Shown: positions 32,901 to 47,900 of the stretch, in pieces
How the letters are laid out: each line of letters opens with the position of its first letter
How positions within the stretch are numbered: position 1 is the stretch's first letter
Assembly (NCBI GenBank): GCA_026936335.1
Contig: JAPMXV010000026.1
Coordinates: 186,001 to 250,000 of the forward strand
Length of the DNA: 64,000 bases
Reading direction: 5' to 3'
From: Mantamonas sphyraenae STR306
Taxonomy: Eukaryota > Protista > CRuMs
Notes under the pieces: model-generated
What the model was told of the DNA's origin: nothing
What the model saw: the letters and a program-made list of their open reading frames with translations, nothing else
Database searches by the model: none
Position numbers and translations under genes: made by a program

Positions 32901-35900
32901 CGCAGGAGGTGTTCTTTTTCGGCCGCCACGTGGGCGGTACGGATAACTGGGGCATGTTCAAGCGGGAGAGCGTGGGTACCATGACAACGGGCCAGCTGGG
33001 GAACGAACAGGTTTGGATGTCTGAGGACTATTTCATTGTGGGCGACAACGGAGTCGACTTTCCTGGGAAGAACGACGTGGGACGCGCATACCTGTACTCG
33101 CGTCATGCGGGTGGCACAGACACATGGCGCAAGGTGTTGACCATGGACTCGCCGATTCAAGAGGCGGGCGAGCTTATGGGTCGCGGAGTGACGGTGAGCA
33201 CAAACGGCCTGTGGGCAGCGGCAGGCACCGATCGCACAATTGGAGGCACAACCGACTCTGGAGGTGCGTACGTGTGGGAGCGAGTGTCCAAGAACATCAC
33301 AGACGAAGAATGGGCGTACTCGACGTTTGTGGAACCGTTGGTGCGCGAGGCAAACAGGGAGACTGGTCGAGTCCTTGCGGCCTCGGACATCCACCTGTTC
33401 ATGTCGCGCTACGAGTCGAACCGAGGCGACGTGGTTGTATTTGAACGCAAGGCGGCGGGCACCTGGGTGCAGCATCGCGTACTGAAGGTGAAAGACAACG
33501 AGCGTGCTGACAATGTTGGACAAGCGCTGGCGTACACCAACGGAGTGCTGGTTGTAGGTTCACCGCTGTCAGATTATGATGACACGGCAGACACGGGTCG
33601 TGTGGACCTGTTTGGGCGCAACTACGGCGGAAGCAACTACTACGGCCACATGCGCACGCTGTTTCGCAGCAACATCCAGGCGAGCCGGCGTCAGGGCTAC
33701 CGCGTGGATGTGGCATGGTGGGGAGACGTACTGACGGCCAACGAAGACTACAACACGCAGCGGGGTCTTGTGACGGCGTTGGTACCGCGTTGCACAGGGT
33801 TCGAAGGCGCAGGAACCGGAAGACGGTATTGCTGGAACATGACGCGATGGGTGTGTGAGCCGTGTCGGTACGGAGTGGAGCGTGTGGAGGCAGCCGTGGT
33901 CGATGGCGGCCAGGCGTCGGAGCTCGTTATGCACGGGCGAGGTTTGCTGAATGCTGCGAGCGGCGGTCGTGTGACGATGCGCAACGGAGCAACCGTGCAC
34001 ACGTTGGCTTGCACGGCCACGCAGGATTCGCTGACGATGACGTGCGCCACACCAAGTGTGCCGTTGGGCAGTGTGTGGACTGTGGACGTGGCCGGGTCGT
34101 GGTCGTCGCCGTTCAACGTGACGGCGGTGGTAAAGGCGACTCAGGTGCAAACCAATGCGTTTGGCACGGGCAGGGTGCACGGCGGACCTGTCATCCAGCT
34201 GACGGGCAACAACATGGCAGACACGGGCGCCGTACGGTGCCGCGTGCTGGACCCGAGCAGCGGGCGATCGCTGGTGCTGGAAGGGCGCTACACAGGTGCA
34301 GGTACGGCCGAATGCGTGAGCGGAGTGGGCGGGTTGGCCGCAGGTCGCTACACACTTCAGTTTGCGCAGGGAGGCACTTACAGCACTGTGTCGACCTCAT
34401 TTGCCATTTACGAGGACTTTGCGCTCCCGCTGCCGCTGGACTCGAGCGTGGAGGCCGACTGGCGTGTGGGCGAGAGTCTGGCCATTGGTGAGAATGTGCT
34501 TGCAGCGGGAGCGCCCGTTGCAACGTCGTCGGACTATGGCGAAGTGCACATCTACACACGTTTGCAGACGCAGCCGTACTCGTTTGTGTTTACGAAGCGC
34601 CTTCTGCCGCCGCAAAACCAGAACGACAACGAGTTTGGACGTGCAGTGGCCACCACGGACGACTTTTTGTTTGTGGGCGAACCGAGGTGGAACACACGTA
34701 CGGGACGGGCCCACTTTTACGCACGACATCACAACGGCGTGCCAAATTCGTTTGGCTTGGTACGCACAGTGACGTCGGACGTACAGGCGACTGACAACTA
34801 CTTTGGACGCAGCCTGGCGGTGAACCCGACGTGGGACCGCTTGGTCATCAGCGAGTATCGTACCAACGGCAACCGCGGGCGTTTTCACGTGTTTGAGCGC
34901 AACGCCGGCGGCCTCGACAACTGGGGCCGCGTGACCATCATGGAACCGGACAACACCATGCCCAATGGCTTCCTTGGCTACGGATCGCCAGGTGTGGCGT
35001 TGTACGATGACATGATGCTTGCTGGCGCGTACGTGACGAACGTCGAGTCGTACAGCAATGCGGGAAGTGCAGCGTTGTTTCGAAAGAATCAGGGAGGACC
35101 GAACGCATGGGGTCCGATCAAGGTGCTGCGTGCAAACAGCAACCAATTGGGCACAAACGTGTACTTTGGCTACTCGGTGGCACTGAGCAAGAACTACGCT
35201 GTGTGTGGTGCGTACGAAGACGCCACCGGCGCGACCCGCACGGGTGCAGTGTACGTATTCTACCGCGGCACGAACGACGCGTGGGACCAACTGCAGCGCC
35301 TGGAGCGTCCCGTGTCTGCAGAAACCGACCCGCACAACTTTGGTGAGGCGGTGGCTGTGCACGAGCGTCCAGATGGCGCGGTGATGGTCATTGCGGGCGA
35401 ACCGGAGCGCGACGGCCAGGAGAACGACCGCTACTCGTTGCGCGAGGGAGGCGTGTTTGCATACGGAAACACAGTGAAGGGAGGCGCGTTGACTCTGATG
35501 CACGCATGGTATGCATCTGTGCCGGCCACAGACCAGCGCTTGGGCAACATTGTGGCTGTTTCGCGAACGGGGGTACTTGCAGCGGGGGCGTACCTGCTGC
35601 GCGACAACGGGGTCACGAACAAAGGCCGCGTGTACACGCTGACCCACAGGTGTGCAGAGACGTACTGTTGGGACATGTGGAGCAACCGGTGCGCGCCGTG
35701 TGGAGTTGGATTGGAGACAGTGGAACCGGCGGCGGTGCGTGCGGGCACGGGTGTGGTCCAGGTCACTGTGACGGGATACGGTTTTTGGGACAACAGTACA
35801 GTCACGCTGGAGGTGGCTGCAGCGGGCAAGTACAACGTGACAGCGCCATGCACGGTGACCGAGCCGGGCCTGCGGATGGTGTGTGCGCTAAACACATCTG

Positions 35901-38900
35901 AGATCCAAGCCTCGGGCACAGGCGTGGCTCGCATGCCTGGTGCCCAGTATGCGTATGCGTACGGGTATACAGACCCCGTGTTTGGCGCCTTTGCAAACCC
36001 AACGTCGCTGCGCACGTGGAATCCGTCGTCGCCGACGACAGGCGGAGTGACGGTGACCATCTACGGAAACGGATTCTCAGACGCACCCGGAGCCATGTGT
36101 GTGTGGGACAATGCGACATTGTCGGCAACGGTGCAGTACGTGTCCGAGACAGAAGTGCGCTGCCTGACACCAAAACAGGTTGGCCAACCGTACTACGGTT
36201 GGACGACGCTGTATTACACCATCGACGGCGTGTCTTTGGTGTCTGCCGGCGCATTCTACTTCTTCCCCGACCGCGTTTCAGTGTACGAGGGCGACTTTGA
36301 CCAGGATTTGCGCTACGGTCAGGTGGTGGCTGTGGGTCGCGGCGTGATGGTGGCCTCTGCATTCCGCAAGGCATCAAACGCAGGCGAGGCCAAGTTGTGG
36401 TTGGACGACCACAGATGGGTTGCCCAAATTTGCGTATGTCAAGGATCTTGCAGGCACGCCTGCACCCGTTGCCAACGATCGCTATGGTATATCGCTGGCG
36501 GTGTGCTACGACGTGGTCGCTGTGGCAGCTACGTATGCATACGTAAGCGGCAACCGCCAAATGGGACGCGTGTACCTCTTCCAGCGCGACGAAGGCGGTG
36601 CAAACAACTGGGGGCAGTGGCAGACGCTGGAGCACCCCGAGGCACATCTTCTGACCGACCGGTTCTTTGGTCACAAGCTGTCGTGTCGCGGGCCCAACCT
36701 GCTGGCGGTGAACGTGTACCAGGAACGCGGTCCCAACAACGAAGAGCTTGGCGCAGTGTTTATGTACCGTCGCGGTCTGGGCGTGGCTGGAAGGTACGGG
36801 TTGGAACGGCGCATCTTTCCGACATCGCCAAACGCGCGCTACATGGGCAATACGCCCGGAACTGGCCAACGTGGCGTGGATGTGTCGCAAGACGAGACGC
36901 TGTTGATTGTGGGCAACTACGACGCCGACGTGGATGGACAAGCAAACGCTGGAGAGGCGTACATTTTTGGACGCAACGTTGGCGGCCGCTACAACTGGGG
37001 CTCTGTCAAGGTACTGCGACAGGCCACGGCAACCACAAACTTGCAATACGGTTCTTCGGTGAGCATTGGCAGCCAGTACGCGGCTGTGGGCTCGTATGCG
37101 GATGGGGACGGAAAAGTGTTTGTGTACTCTGCGGCGAGCGGGTACAGTCTTGTGCGCACGCTGGTACCACTGACAAACGACGGGCCAAACGACTTTGGCT
37201 TTGATGTGCTGGTGCAAGAGAGCGTGGTCGCGGGCGTGATTTCGACTTTGTGTACGTAGGCGAGCCGTATGCCGATCCAGATGGACAAGCCGATGCAGGG
37301 CGAACATATGTGTTCAGCGACGCCGGAGCAACGATGGATCGTGTGATTGTGACAAACAACTTTGCGGGATCGGATCGATGTGGACGCAACCTGAACGCGG
37401 CCCCGGATGGCCAGCTGGTGGTGGGCTGTTTCGAGAGCAGCGCACAGTCGACGCGAGGCGGACAACTGCTGATCGCGAGTGCGCCATGCCCGGCAGGATA
37501 CTGCTGGGATGAAAAGTCGTGGTCGTGTGGCGTCACATGCTATCCGCATGAGATCCACCTTCCGTCGTCGTATCTGTCGTTGAGTGGATCGAGTGAAATC
37601 GAGATCTTGGGTGCAGGATTCTCAGCAAGCACGACGTCCATGACGGTGAGCAATGGGGCAGTGAACCGCACGGGCTCCTGCAGCGTGGTGAGCGACGTGA
37701 AGCTGCGCTGTGTGTTACCTGCGTTTCCTGTTGCGGGCAAGGTGAACGTGACGTTCAAAGACATGCCGATCCAAAGGGACATGCTGGAGGCAGAGTACCT
37801 TGCTCCGCCGTCCAATCTGGCGACCGACATGCGTGCGGTGACAAGCGTGGGTGGATCGACAGTGACTGTGACAGGCAGTGGCCTTGTGGACACGGGTGTG
37901 GCGACGTGTCGCTTTTCGTCTGCGCAGGGTGAGAAAGCTTGTGGATGCGACGCTGGTGAGTAGTGGGTACATGGAGTGCGTGTCGCCCGTTCTTCCTCTG
38001 GGCACCACGGTGCTTTCATTGAGTTTGGACCGGAACGAGTATGTCGAAGTGCAGAGCATGAGCGTGTTGCTGCAGCAGGCGTTCTATGTGTCGCCCGTGG
38101 CTGGAACCAATGACAACGCTGGCCAAGACGGCGTGTACTCGACAGCCACGGGTATGGTGGTGCCCATTTCCAGGAGCGATGTGCAAGACACCGACCGTGG
38201 TGTGATCGACGTGTATCGGCGCAGCGCAAACCTTTCGCAATCCGAGTTTGAGTTTGTCAAGACGCTGCAGCAACCGGTTGTTGCAAATCAGCGGTTTGGA
38301 TTGACGGTGGGGTTGAGCAGAGACATGCTCGCGGTAGGTCAGTACCAGCTGGACTCGGACGTGCACAACGACGCTGGCGGGGTCTATGTGTACCTGCGGG
38401 ACCACGGCGGCGTGGACAATTGGGGCGAATGGACAATCCTGCGCATCCCCGACGACTCTGGAGGCCACCAGTTGGGCCATCGTGTGGCCGTGGGCGGCGA
38501 CACAGTGTTTGCATCTGCGCCGGGGATGGATTTCGAAAACGCAGGGGACGACGGTGCGTTGTTTGTGTACGATCGACACCTGGGTGGCGAAAACGCATTT
38601 GGACTGTCGACCATTGTGCGTCGTCCGGAGGGCGTGGCCACGTACCACTGGCTGCGGCTTGTGACGGCGTCCATGTCTGGCAATCTGGTCGCAGCGAGCG
38701 ACGCGTACCATGACCACGACGGAACGAACGACGTGGGTCAGGTGACGCTTTTCGGGCGACACCATGGCGGTTGGAACGCATGGGGTAAAATCAAGACCAT
38801 TGTGAGCCCACTGTTGGAGGCATCGACGCTGTTTGCGCGGCACATGGCGGTGACGGATACGGCGCTGGTGGTTGGCACGAACAAACTGCGTGCGTATGTG

Positions 38901-41900
38901 TTTGAGCGCGATCTGGGAGGGGCCAACAACTGGGGGTTGGCAAAGGAGCTGAGCGAGGCCGGAGTGGACACGTGGTACTCGTTTGGCGTGGCGGTGGTGG
39001 ACGACTTTGTGTTTGTGGCATACCCTGCGTACGACACGCCATACAACAACATTGGTGGCATGTATGTGTACCGTCGGAGCACGGGTTACGCGCGAGCGCG
39101 TCTGGTGGAGTCCACAGGCGTGGCAAACGAGTTGGGCATGATGGAACTGACGGCGACTCCATACGGCCAGATTGTGGGCGGCGCACAATCGTATGACGAC
39201 ACGACAAACGACTGGGGTCGTGCGATGCGTGTGACTGGGCTGTGCCCGCCTCCGCAGTGCTGGAACTATGCATCGTGGCAGTGTGGCGCCTGTCCTGTGC
39301 ACGCGATGAAGGTGTACCCGGCGAGCCTGGAGGTGAACGCACCGCAAACGGTCCTTGTGACAGGATACGGATTCTACAAGGCGGTGCACGTGGCAAACGT
39401 GACCGTGGGTGTCGAGTCTGTGAGCGCAAACTGCACGCTGGTGCGTCTGTACGAAAGCGTTCGGTGTGAAGTGCCGGCAGTGGCCACCACTGGCACGGCG
39501 ACTCTGCAGTTTGACATGCCCTTGGGGACGCGACACAGCAACGTGAGCACGGACATGAATGCCCCGACGTTCACGGTGTTTGATGCGCCCAGCAATCTGC
39601 GCAGCAACGTGAGTGCCGTGGACATGGGCGGCGAAAGCTGGGCGGCGGTGTCAGGAAGCGGTATTGTCGACACAGGTGAGGTTGTGTGTGTGCTGGGTAC
39701 AAACACGAGCTACACGTGGCGCGCACAAGTGCTGAGCAGCAGCAGCGTGGTATGTCAGACGCCGCCGGTGCCTGGTCGTTCGGGAACGTACATGCCATTG
39801 CAGCTTTCTCTTAACGGGGGACACCGCAACCACATGGTGAAGTGGGTGTATGTGGGTGTGCGCGGAAAAGCGGGGTTGCTGGACGAGTCACAGGGTACGA
39901 CGACGAACAACGACTATGCAGGCGAGTACGGCGTGCGTGTGACGTCGGATACCATTATGCTGGAACGATACAAGGCGCAGACCAACAAGGGACGCGTGGA
40001 TGTGTGGAAACTGACTGGCGGCGAGTGGAAGTGGTTCAAACAGCTTGACCCTGGAGGAGAGGTGGATGGAGATGCGCAGTTTGGGCGTGCATTGGATGTG
40101 AAACACGACCTGGCCGTGGTGGGCGCCCAACAAGCGGGAACAGCCCGAGGCAAGGCGTTGGTGTACCTGCGCGACGAAGGCGGTACAAACAACTGGGGGT
40201 TCAAGACGGCGTCGACGGGCGGCCATGCCAACGGCGAGCAGTTTGGTGCGGCGGTGTCGATCTCGGACGACACCCAGGACGTGGTTGTGGCTGCACCGGG
40301 TGTGGACCAACCTCTGAGCGACATTGGCCAGTTGGACATCCTGCGTCGATACAGCGGAGGGATGAACGCCTTTGGGGTTGCGTTCCGCGTGGCGAGCAGC
40401 TACCCTGTAAACTCGGCGTCGTTTGGCAGACTGGGCGCAGTTGCATGGTGGGGCAAGACCATCATTGCAGGCGGACCGCTGGCGGATCCGGACGACGTGA
40501 GCAACGCCGGCGTGGCCATGATCCTGGAGCAGGATTACCGCACGATTGACTCGTTTGCAGAGGTTGTGCAAATGCGTTCGCCGACGTTGCAAGCGAACGG
40601 GAACTGCGGATCATCCGTGGCGATCGGGGCGGACGTGGCGGCCATGGGTTGTTCCGGGTATGACGTGGACAGCGCCACGAATGCGGGCATTGTGGTGGTG
40701 TACACACGCGGTGGCGAGGGTGAGGTGGACTGGACGTACAGACGCACGCTGTACAGCAGCAACAAGGCAGCAAACGACAATTTTGGGTTCAGCGTGGCGG
40801 TGAGCGTGCAGGCTTCGGACACGTACGTGGTTGTTGGCGCGCCTTTGGAGGAGCACGACAAGTGGACGACCATCATTGACAACGAAGGCTCCGTGTATGT
40901 GTTTGGGCGCAACCGAGGTGGTGCGAATGCGTTTGGCCTTGTGCGCAAGTATGTGCGCAGTCTGTCGGTGCAGTGGGGTGCAACGCGGTTTGGCAGTCAG
41001 GTTGCCGTGGACAATGCGGGCCTGTTGGTTGCATCGATGCCTCTTCTGGACCTTGTGCCAGGCGAATCGAACCGAGGCGGCGCGTTGGCGGTGACGCTCG
41101 CGTGTCCGGTGGGCACATGCTACGACTTTGATACGGACACATGTGTGGGTACGTGCAGACACCCGATCCAGCACGTGATCCCGGATGGCATGCGGTACGA
41201 CAAGAACACAACGGTGCGTGTGCTGGGCAGCCGCTTCGGCGCAGTTCACCGCGTACAGCTGACCAATGGCACAGCTGCGTTGAACATCACGTGCAACCAA
41301 GTGTCTGGAGGCGAGCTTTCGTGCGTGGTCCCTGCGTATTGCGGAGTGATGGGCAAGGCGTGGATGGATCTGCTGCCAGCGGATGCAAGCTCCGACAACG
41401 GGTTCTCTTCACAGGCGCTGCGTGAGGGTGTGTACACACAGCGTCCAAGTGTTCATCTGTACACAGTGCTGTCGTTGTCACCTGTGACAACAAGCGCATC
41501 GACGGCCGGCGGGACCGTGGTGACCATTGCAGGCGTGAATCTGCCACCGCTGCAGTACGGCTGGTGCCGGTTTGGAAGCGATGCGTTGCTTGCGCGTGCC
41601 GTGGTGGTAAGCAGCACAGAGATACAGTGCCGTGCGCCTGCGGTGGGGGGTGAACAGACGGTGGAGCTGAGCTACAGCGGGGACCGGGTGCACTTTGTGA
41701 CGGTGACGAGTGCGTTTGTGTACTTTCAGCAACAGGAGCTCACGGCGCCGAGCAAGGCAAACAACGACCGGTTTGGACGAGGCGACTGTGGCTTCGAAGT
41801 GGCCGTGTATGGTGCGCCGCGTGACACAACGACAGATGCGGGCCGTGCACTGGTGTTTGGACGTGCGAGCAGCACGGACAAACTTTGGGGCACGGCGACG

Positions 41901-44900
41901 CAAGAGTTGACGAGTGTGGCCACGGGACCAGAGTGGCGGAACTTTGGGCGCGAAACACGGCTGGAGCACGACATGTTGGTCGTGAACGGGCGCGACGGAA
42001 TCGAGATCCGGTACAGGCACGCGCAAGGGATGGTGGACTCGTGGGGAGTTGTGCAGACGCACATGGGCGGCACAGACGTGTCGTACGGCATGGTGGCGGA
42101 CATGACGGAGAATTGGTTGGTCGTGGGCGCAGCGGACGACGGGACGCTCGCCACAAATGCCGGTCGAGCGTATCTGTACGGACGCAACGTGGGCGGGCGC
42201 AACAACTGGGGTCTGCACCGCGAGATGGTACCTACTGGAGAATCGGTGGCGCAAGACTTGTTTGGGCATGCGGTGTCGATTTCGGACAAGTACATGATTG
42301 TGGGTGCGCACCAGGGTGACCAAATCGAAAGCGGCCGCGGTGTGGCGTACATGTATGAGGTGGACAAGGGGGGCGACGACAATTGGGGCTTTGCCCGGTT
42401 CCTGCAGCCGAGTGTGATGCACACATCGAGTGCGTTTGGGTTCAGCACGGCAAACAACGACGAGTTTGTGGCAGTGGCGGATCAGCAGGGTGCATTGGTG
42501 CGTGGTGGAACTGCGGTGGGCAGCGTGTCTGTGTTTACGCAGAACAGCACAACCAAGGCGTGGTTCGAGCAGACGCGACTGTTTGCAGACGACGGGTCAT
42601 CGGACGACGCGTTTGGCCAGGTTGTGGCCATGGTAAGGTCGACCGGTGTGATTGTAGTGGGTGCGCAGAATCACGACACAGGTGCTGGAAACAGTGGTGC
42701 CTTGTACGTCTTCCGATACGATCGTGGCACTAGCTCGTGGGTGCAAAAGGCAATGCTGAAGCCTGCATCGCCAGAGACAAACGGACGCCTGGGCCTGCGC
42801 CGCACCGTGGGACTTTCGGAGACGTGTTTGATGGGTGGGCAGATTTTTGCCGACAGCGGTGGATCCGACCGTGGCAAGGTGGACTCGATGTCCATCTTTT
42901 GCCCGCATCCACAGTGCTTCTCGACAGAAGCCATGTCGTGCGGGCCGTGCACGTTTGGCATTGTGCGGATCCGTCCAAATGGCCTGCCTGTGGCCAAGAA
43001 CGGGACGATCGTGCTTGTGGGGGGCAACTTCCGTGCGGATGCGCCGGAGGTGAGCAACGTGATGCGTGTACGGCTGGCGTCGGGCACAGAAGTGGCATGC
43101 AACGTGCTGAGTTCGGACTATGCCAACTGCAGCGTGCCCAGTGGAGCGGCAGTGTCCCAGGGCGGCATCCAGTTTACCAACTTTTCGATGGCGGCTGAGT
43201 ACGTGCCGGCTACGTTTTTCCACTACGACGCTCAGGTGCACAGTGTGCGTGCGTGGCATGTGCCGCACAGTGGCGACTCCCAGATTGTGTTGCAGGGCAG
43301 CGGGTTCATGGACACCGGCACGGGAGTGTGCAGGTTCAATGGGAGCGAGACTTCGGAGACGAGGCTGCGTTTTGTAAACTCCAGCACGGTGTACTGCCAC
43401 ACACGTGGCAGTGGCGTGTACGCAGTGGGCCAAACAGTGCAGTTGGAGGTGTTGCTGAACGGGCAAGACGCGCTGTACGCAGGGAACGTAACCGTGGTTG
43501 CAGACAACGGAACGTTTGCTCAAAGTGGTTTGGGCTCAAGCGTTGCTGTCGAGGCGACGGGAGGCGTGTGGGCAGCTGTGGGCAAAGCGAGCGAAGCAAC
43601 GCAGGGACGCGTGCGCACATACACGTACGACGCTGGAACGGCGTCATGGCAGCTTGCACAGACACTGGCACCTGGCAGTGACACGGTGCGCGAATTTGGC
43701 CATGCGGTCAGCATGGATGGAGGTGTGTTGGCAGTGGGTGCGCCTGGTGCCGATGGAGGCAGCGTCCATGTGTTTAAACGCACGTCGGATGCCATTGTGG
43801 GCAACGAAGAGATGTTGCGCATGAACAACACAAGTGCATTCGGCAAGGCAGTCGCTGTGTCGCGCGGTTCGTTGGCTGTGGCGTCGCAAGACTCGGTGTG
43901 GATGTACGAGCAACCGGGTGGGTATGGCATGCACCCATGGAGCCACACACGTCGTTTGGCTCTGCGTGCATCCGCCGTCGCATTGGCGGATGGCAAGACG
44001 TTGGCTGTGGCCAATGGCAGCGAAGTGGTGATAGCGGAGCGTGACCATGGTGGATTGTCACGATGGGGTCAGGTACAGCGCTTGAATGCTGGCGGAGTGG
44101 TGAGTGCTTTGTCTTTGTCGCGGCACTATTTGGCTGTAGGTGTGATGGAGCAGAATCGCGTTCTTCTGTACAAGTACAGCGGATCGTTTGTGTTGCTGCG
44201 CAACATGACATCCACCGAGGACGGATATGGCAAGCACGTGAGCTTGAACAGCGGTGAGAGTGCGCTTGCAGTGACTTGTACGTCGGCTGTGGTGGTGCAC
44301 GCTCGTGCATATGTGTCGCGCGACAATGTGATGGCGCAGGATGGATGGGAGGCGCTGCGCACCGTGGGTATGGACGCGCATGACGGCGGACAGGCTGTGC
44401 TGGGTTCTTCGCTGCTGAGCACCGGGCGATGGAAGACACCGGTGTGCCCAGGCAACGAATACTTTGCATATGAGCGGTGGACATGTGCCGCAAGTGACGC
44501 AACGCCGATGACAGTGCGTCCCGAAACTGTGCCTGTGGAAGGAGGAGCCGGCGCATTTGTGCTGCTTTACGGGCGACAGGTGGAAAGTGTGGGTTCGTTG
44601 ACAGTGTCGCGCGGGACGTGGTCGTCGACGGCTGGGTCGTGCGCACAAGTGAACGCTTGGACACTGAACTGTACCTTGCCTGCACTGGGCAGCGGCCCAG
44701 GCGAGTACCGTCTGCAACTGGCAGGCGTCGCCGGAGCAAACGTGACCGGGTTTGTTTCGCCCACCGGGTTGAGCACAGACACACGCACGGTACCCACACA
44801 TGCGTACGGGCAGACAGAAGTGTATGTGAGCTCGGTTGGTGCGATTGGGAACACGTCTGCGGATGCGGTGGTGTGCAGATACGCCGGGCAAAGTCAGTGG

Positions 44901-47900
44901 GTCACGCGTGGCCAGGTGCGAGGCGACGGCGGCGTGATGTGCTACACGCCTGCGGTTTCTCCGTCCAGTGGAACCTCGGGTGCACTGGAGCTGTCGCTGA
45001 ATGGTGGACAGACGTACTCCAGCGTGGGAAGCGTTTCGGTGCTTCATCTGGACCGCTCGCCCGCCCTTGCGTCTGCAGGCAACGTCGTGGCACTTGCGGA
45101 CGGTATGGCGGCAGTGACAGATGGTGTGGGTCAGATCAAGGTGTACCGCCGTGCGGATGGCTCCGTGACGACGTGGAGCGAAGCAGCGACTGTGACGTTG
45201 ACAGGACGGCCCTCGGGGTTGCACGTGGCCATGCTGGGCAATGTGATTGTGAGTGGCAGTCATGTGTTGATGGGTAGCAACATGAACACGTGGGCTGTGA
45301 AGCGTACCGGAGATGGGGAAACTGTGACGAGTGTGGCGCTGAGCGAACGGCAGGCGTTTGTGGGCCAAAGCGGCTCCAACTCGGTGTTGGTGTTGTCGCG
45401 CAACCACGGTGGGCCAGACACATGGTCGCAGTTGGGATTCGTTTCGACGGGGCTTGCGGGCGATGTCGGGTTGGGCGCTTCGATGGACGTGGATTTCAAG
45501 CGGCGCTGGTTGCTTGTGAGCGATGCCCAAGCGGCTGCGGGATGCGGTCGCGTGCACGTATTTGCATTGCAAAGCGAGGATACACTCCCAAAGCGCGTGC
45601 ATACTCTGGCCTGCGAGGGCGGGAGCAGTTCGTTTGGGGCAACCCTTGCAGTGCACACGTCTGTGTTGGCTGTGGCAGATGCGCAAAACCGTGTTCATAT
45701 CTATGATACAGCGACATGGACGCGCACGTCCATGCTTATGCTGGATACGGGTGTGGAGCACGTGTCTGTGCCAAATGACGCCACACTTGTTGTGGGACTC
45801 GCAAACGGAGAGACGCACGTGTACACGCTGGACAAGGATGGCACCTGGCAACTGCGCAACAATGGATACCGAGGACGCACACCGAGTGCAGATGCACTGC
45901 AGGGAGTGACCCTGAGTGGGAGCGGCGCGGGATCTGTGCCGTGTCCGGACTCGCAGTGCTACGACTTTCTGTCGGAATCGTGTGTGGTCGTTTGTGCGTA
46001 CTCGGGGCCGCACTATGTGTTTCCGGATGCGCTGAACGGAAGCAGCCATGCTGACGTTGTGGGAGGAGGGTTCGCCGTTGGATCGACGGTTGCGAGCGGA
46101 CTGTCGGGCTGCACGCGTCAAAGCCATGCATGGTTTACATGCACCGGGGGCGTAAACGGCGCCGTGGGGACAGTGAACGTGAGGGTGAGTGGTACAAGCC
46201 GCGATGCAAACGTGACCCGCCTCGGACCGGTGACAAATGTGCAATTTGGCAACAGTTCACGCGACGTGTCTGTGTATGCAGGTGCTCGTGTTGTGGTCAC
46301 CGCCACGGGGTTGATGGAAACACGGCTGATGGTGTGCCAGTACCAGTACGGTGCCGCGTTGTTGTGGACGTACGCGCGCAAAGAATCAGCTGCGATGTGG
46401 AGCTGCGCGACCCCCGTGGTGTCTGAGCAGGAGTCGGGTCTGTACACACTGAGTGTGAGTGCCGACGGCCAAGCGATGTACAGTGCGGGATTGGTGCACC
46501 TGTATCGTCCGCAACAGGTGGTTGGGAGCGGCGACACACTGGCAGTGCTTGGCAGCACTGCGCTCGTTGGTCGGGTGAGCTCACAGCGTGTGGATGTGTA
46601 TGCCATGAACGACACGGCATGGACAAAGCACGGCACCATTGTCGATGCCGGACGTGCTGGGTTTGGCAGTGCAGTGGCGTTGAGCCTCCGGTACTTGGTC
46701 GTCGTGGCACAAAGTGCGTCGGTGTCTGTGTACAGGCGCCTGGCGTCAGTGAACAGCAACAACGGATGGGATACGGACGGAAGAGAGGTGATCACCCTTG
46801 CTGGAGCGCAAACTGTGGCTGTGCACGGTGAACGGATCGCTGTGGGTGCGCCAACGTCCGGTACCGTCTGGGTGTTGACACGCACGGCGGACAACAACAT
46901 CACCCGATTCTCTGTACAACACACGCTCACAGGCACAGCCAACAGCTTTGGCTGGTCTGTGGCTGTGGTGAACGACGTGCTTGCAGTCGGATCGAACGCG
47001 GACAACGTCGTCCATGTGTACAACAGCTGGACGGGCGCACATATGCAGACGCTGAGCCAAGCTGGCAGTTCAGTGACGATGAACACAAGGTACATGGCTG
47101 CGGGGGCACCGGGTGGCACGCGAGTTTTGCTGTGGGCGTTGTCCAACGGCACGTGGTCGTTGGAGGCGACCGTAAACTCGGGGAGCGCGGGCTTCGGCAA
47201 GAGTGTGTCGTTGGGAGACCTGGACAGCAGCATGAGTGTGGCGTCAGACACGGGCGTGCATCAAGTTGTGCAAGGCGCGGTGGTGCGTACGATGCCGCTT
47301 GCCAACACCGCGCAGGTGTCCCATTCGACTCTGTACGGCTCACTGGCACGCACCAGCGCAGGGGTTGTGCACGTGGTGAATCGAGTTTGCTCGCGTCCTT
47401 GGTGTTTTGATGTGATGAGCGGCAGCTGCAGTGCCTCGTGTGCAAGCTCAGCTAGCCGTGTGGCGCCTGCGTCGGGACCGCAGACGGGCGGCACACGCGT
47501 GGAACTGCTGGGAACAAACATGGGTGCCAATGTCACGCTGACATGGCGTGCGCCGGATGGTGGCAATGTGCAAGTGCCGTGCTACACAGTGGGCCCGGAT
47601 AGACTTGTGTGCACCACGCCTGCGTTTGCGCAGACGGGTGTCCACACATACGGGCAGGTCAACTTTACGGTGTATGCAACGCCGTCGATCAACGCTGTTG
47701 TGCTTCAAGGCAGTGGCTCACTGGATGTGGGTGGCAGCGCGGTCGTGCTGCTGGGTGCGTTTGCGCTTCACGTCGATGTGGCAGTGTGTCGATTCACACC
47801 GCCCAGTGAAAGCGTAAGCGTTGCTGTGTACGAGAGTGCCACGCGTGTGCGATGCACGTCACCGCCGTCGGACGTGATTGGGTACAAGAGCGTGCAGTAC

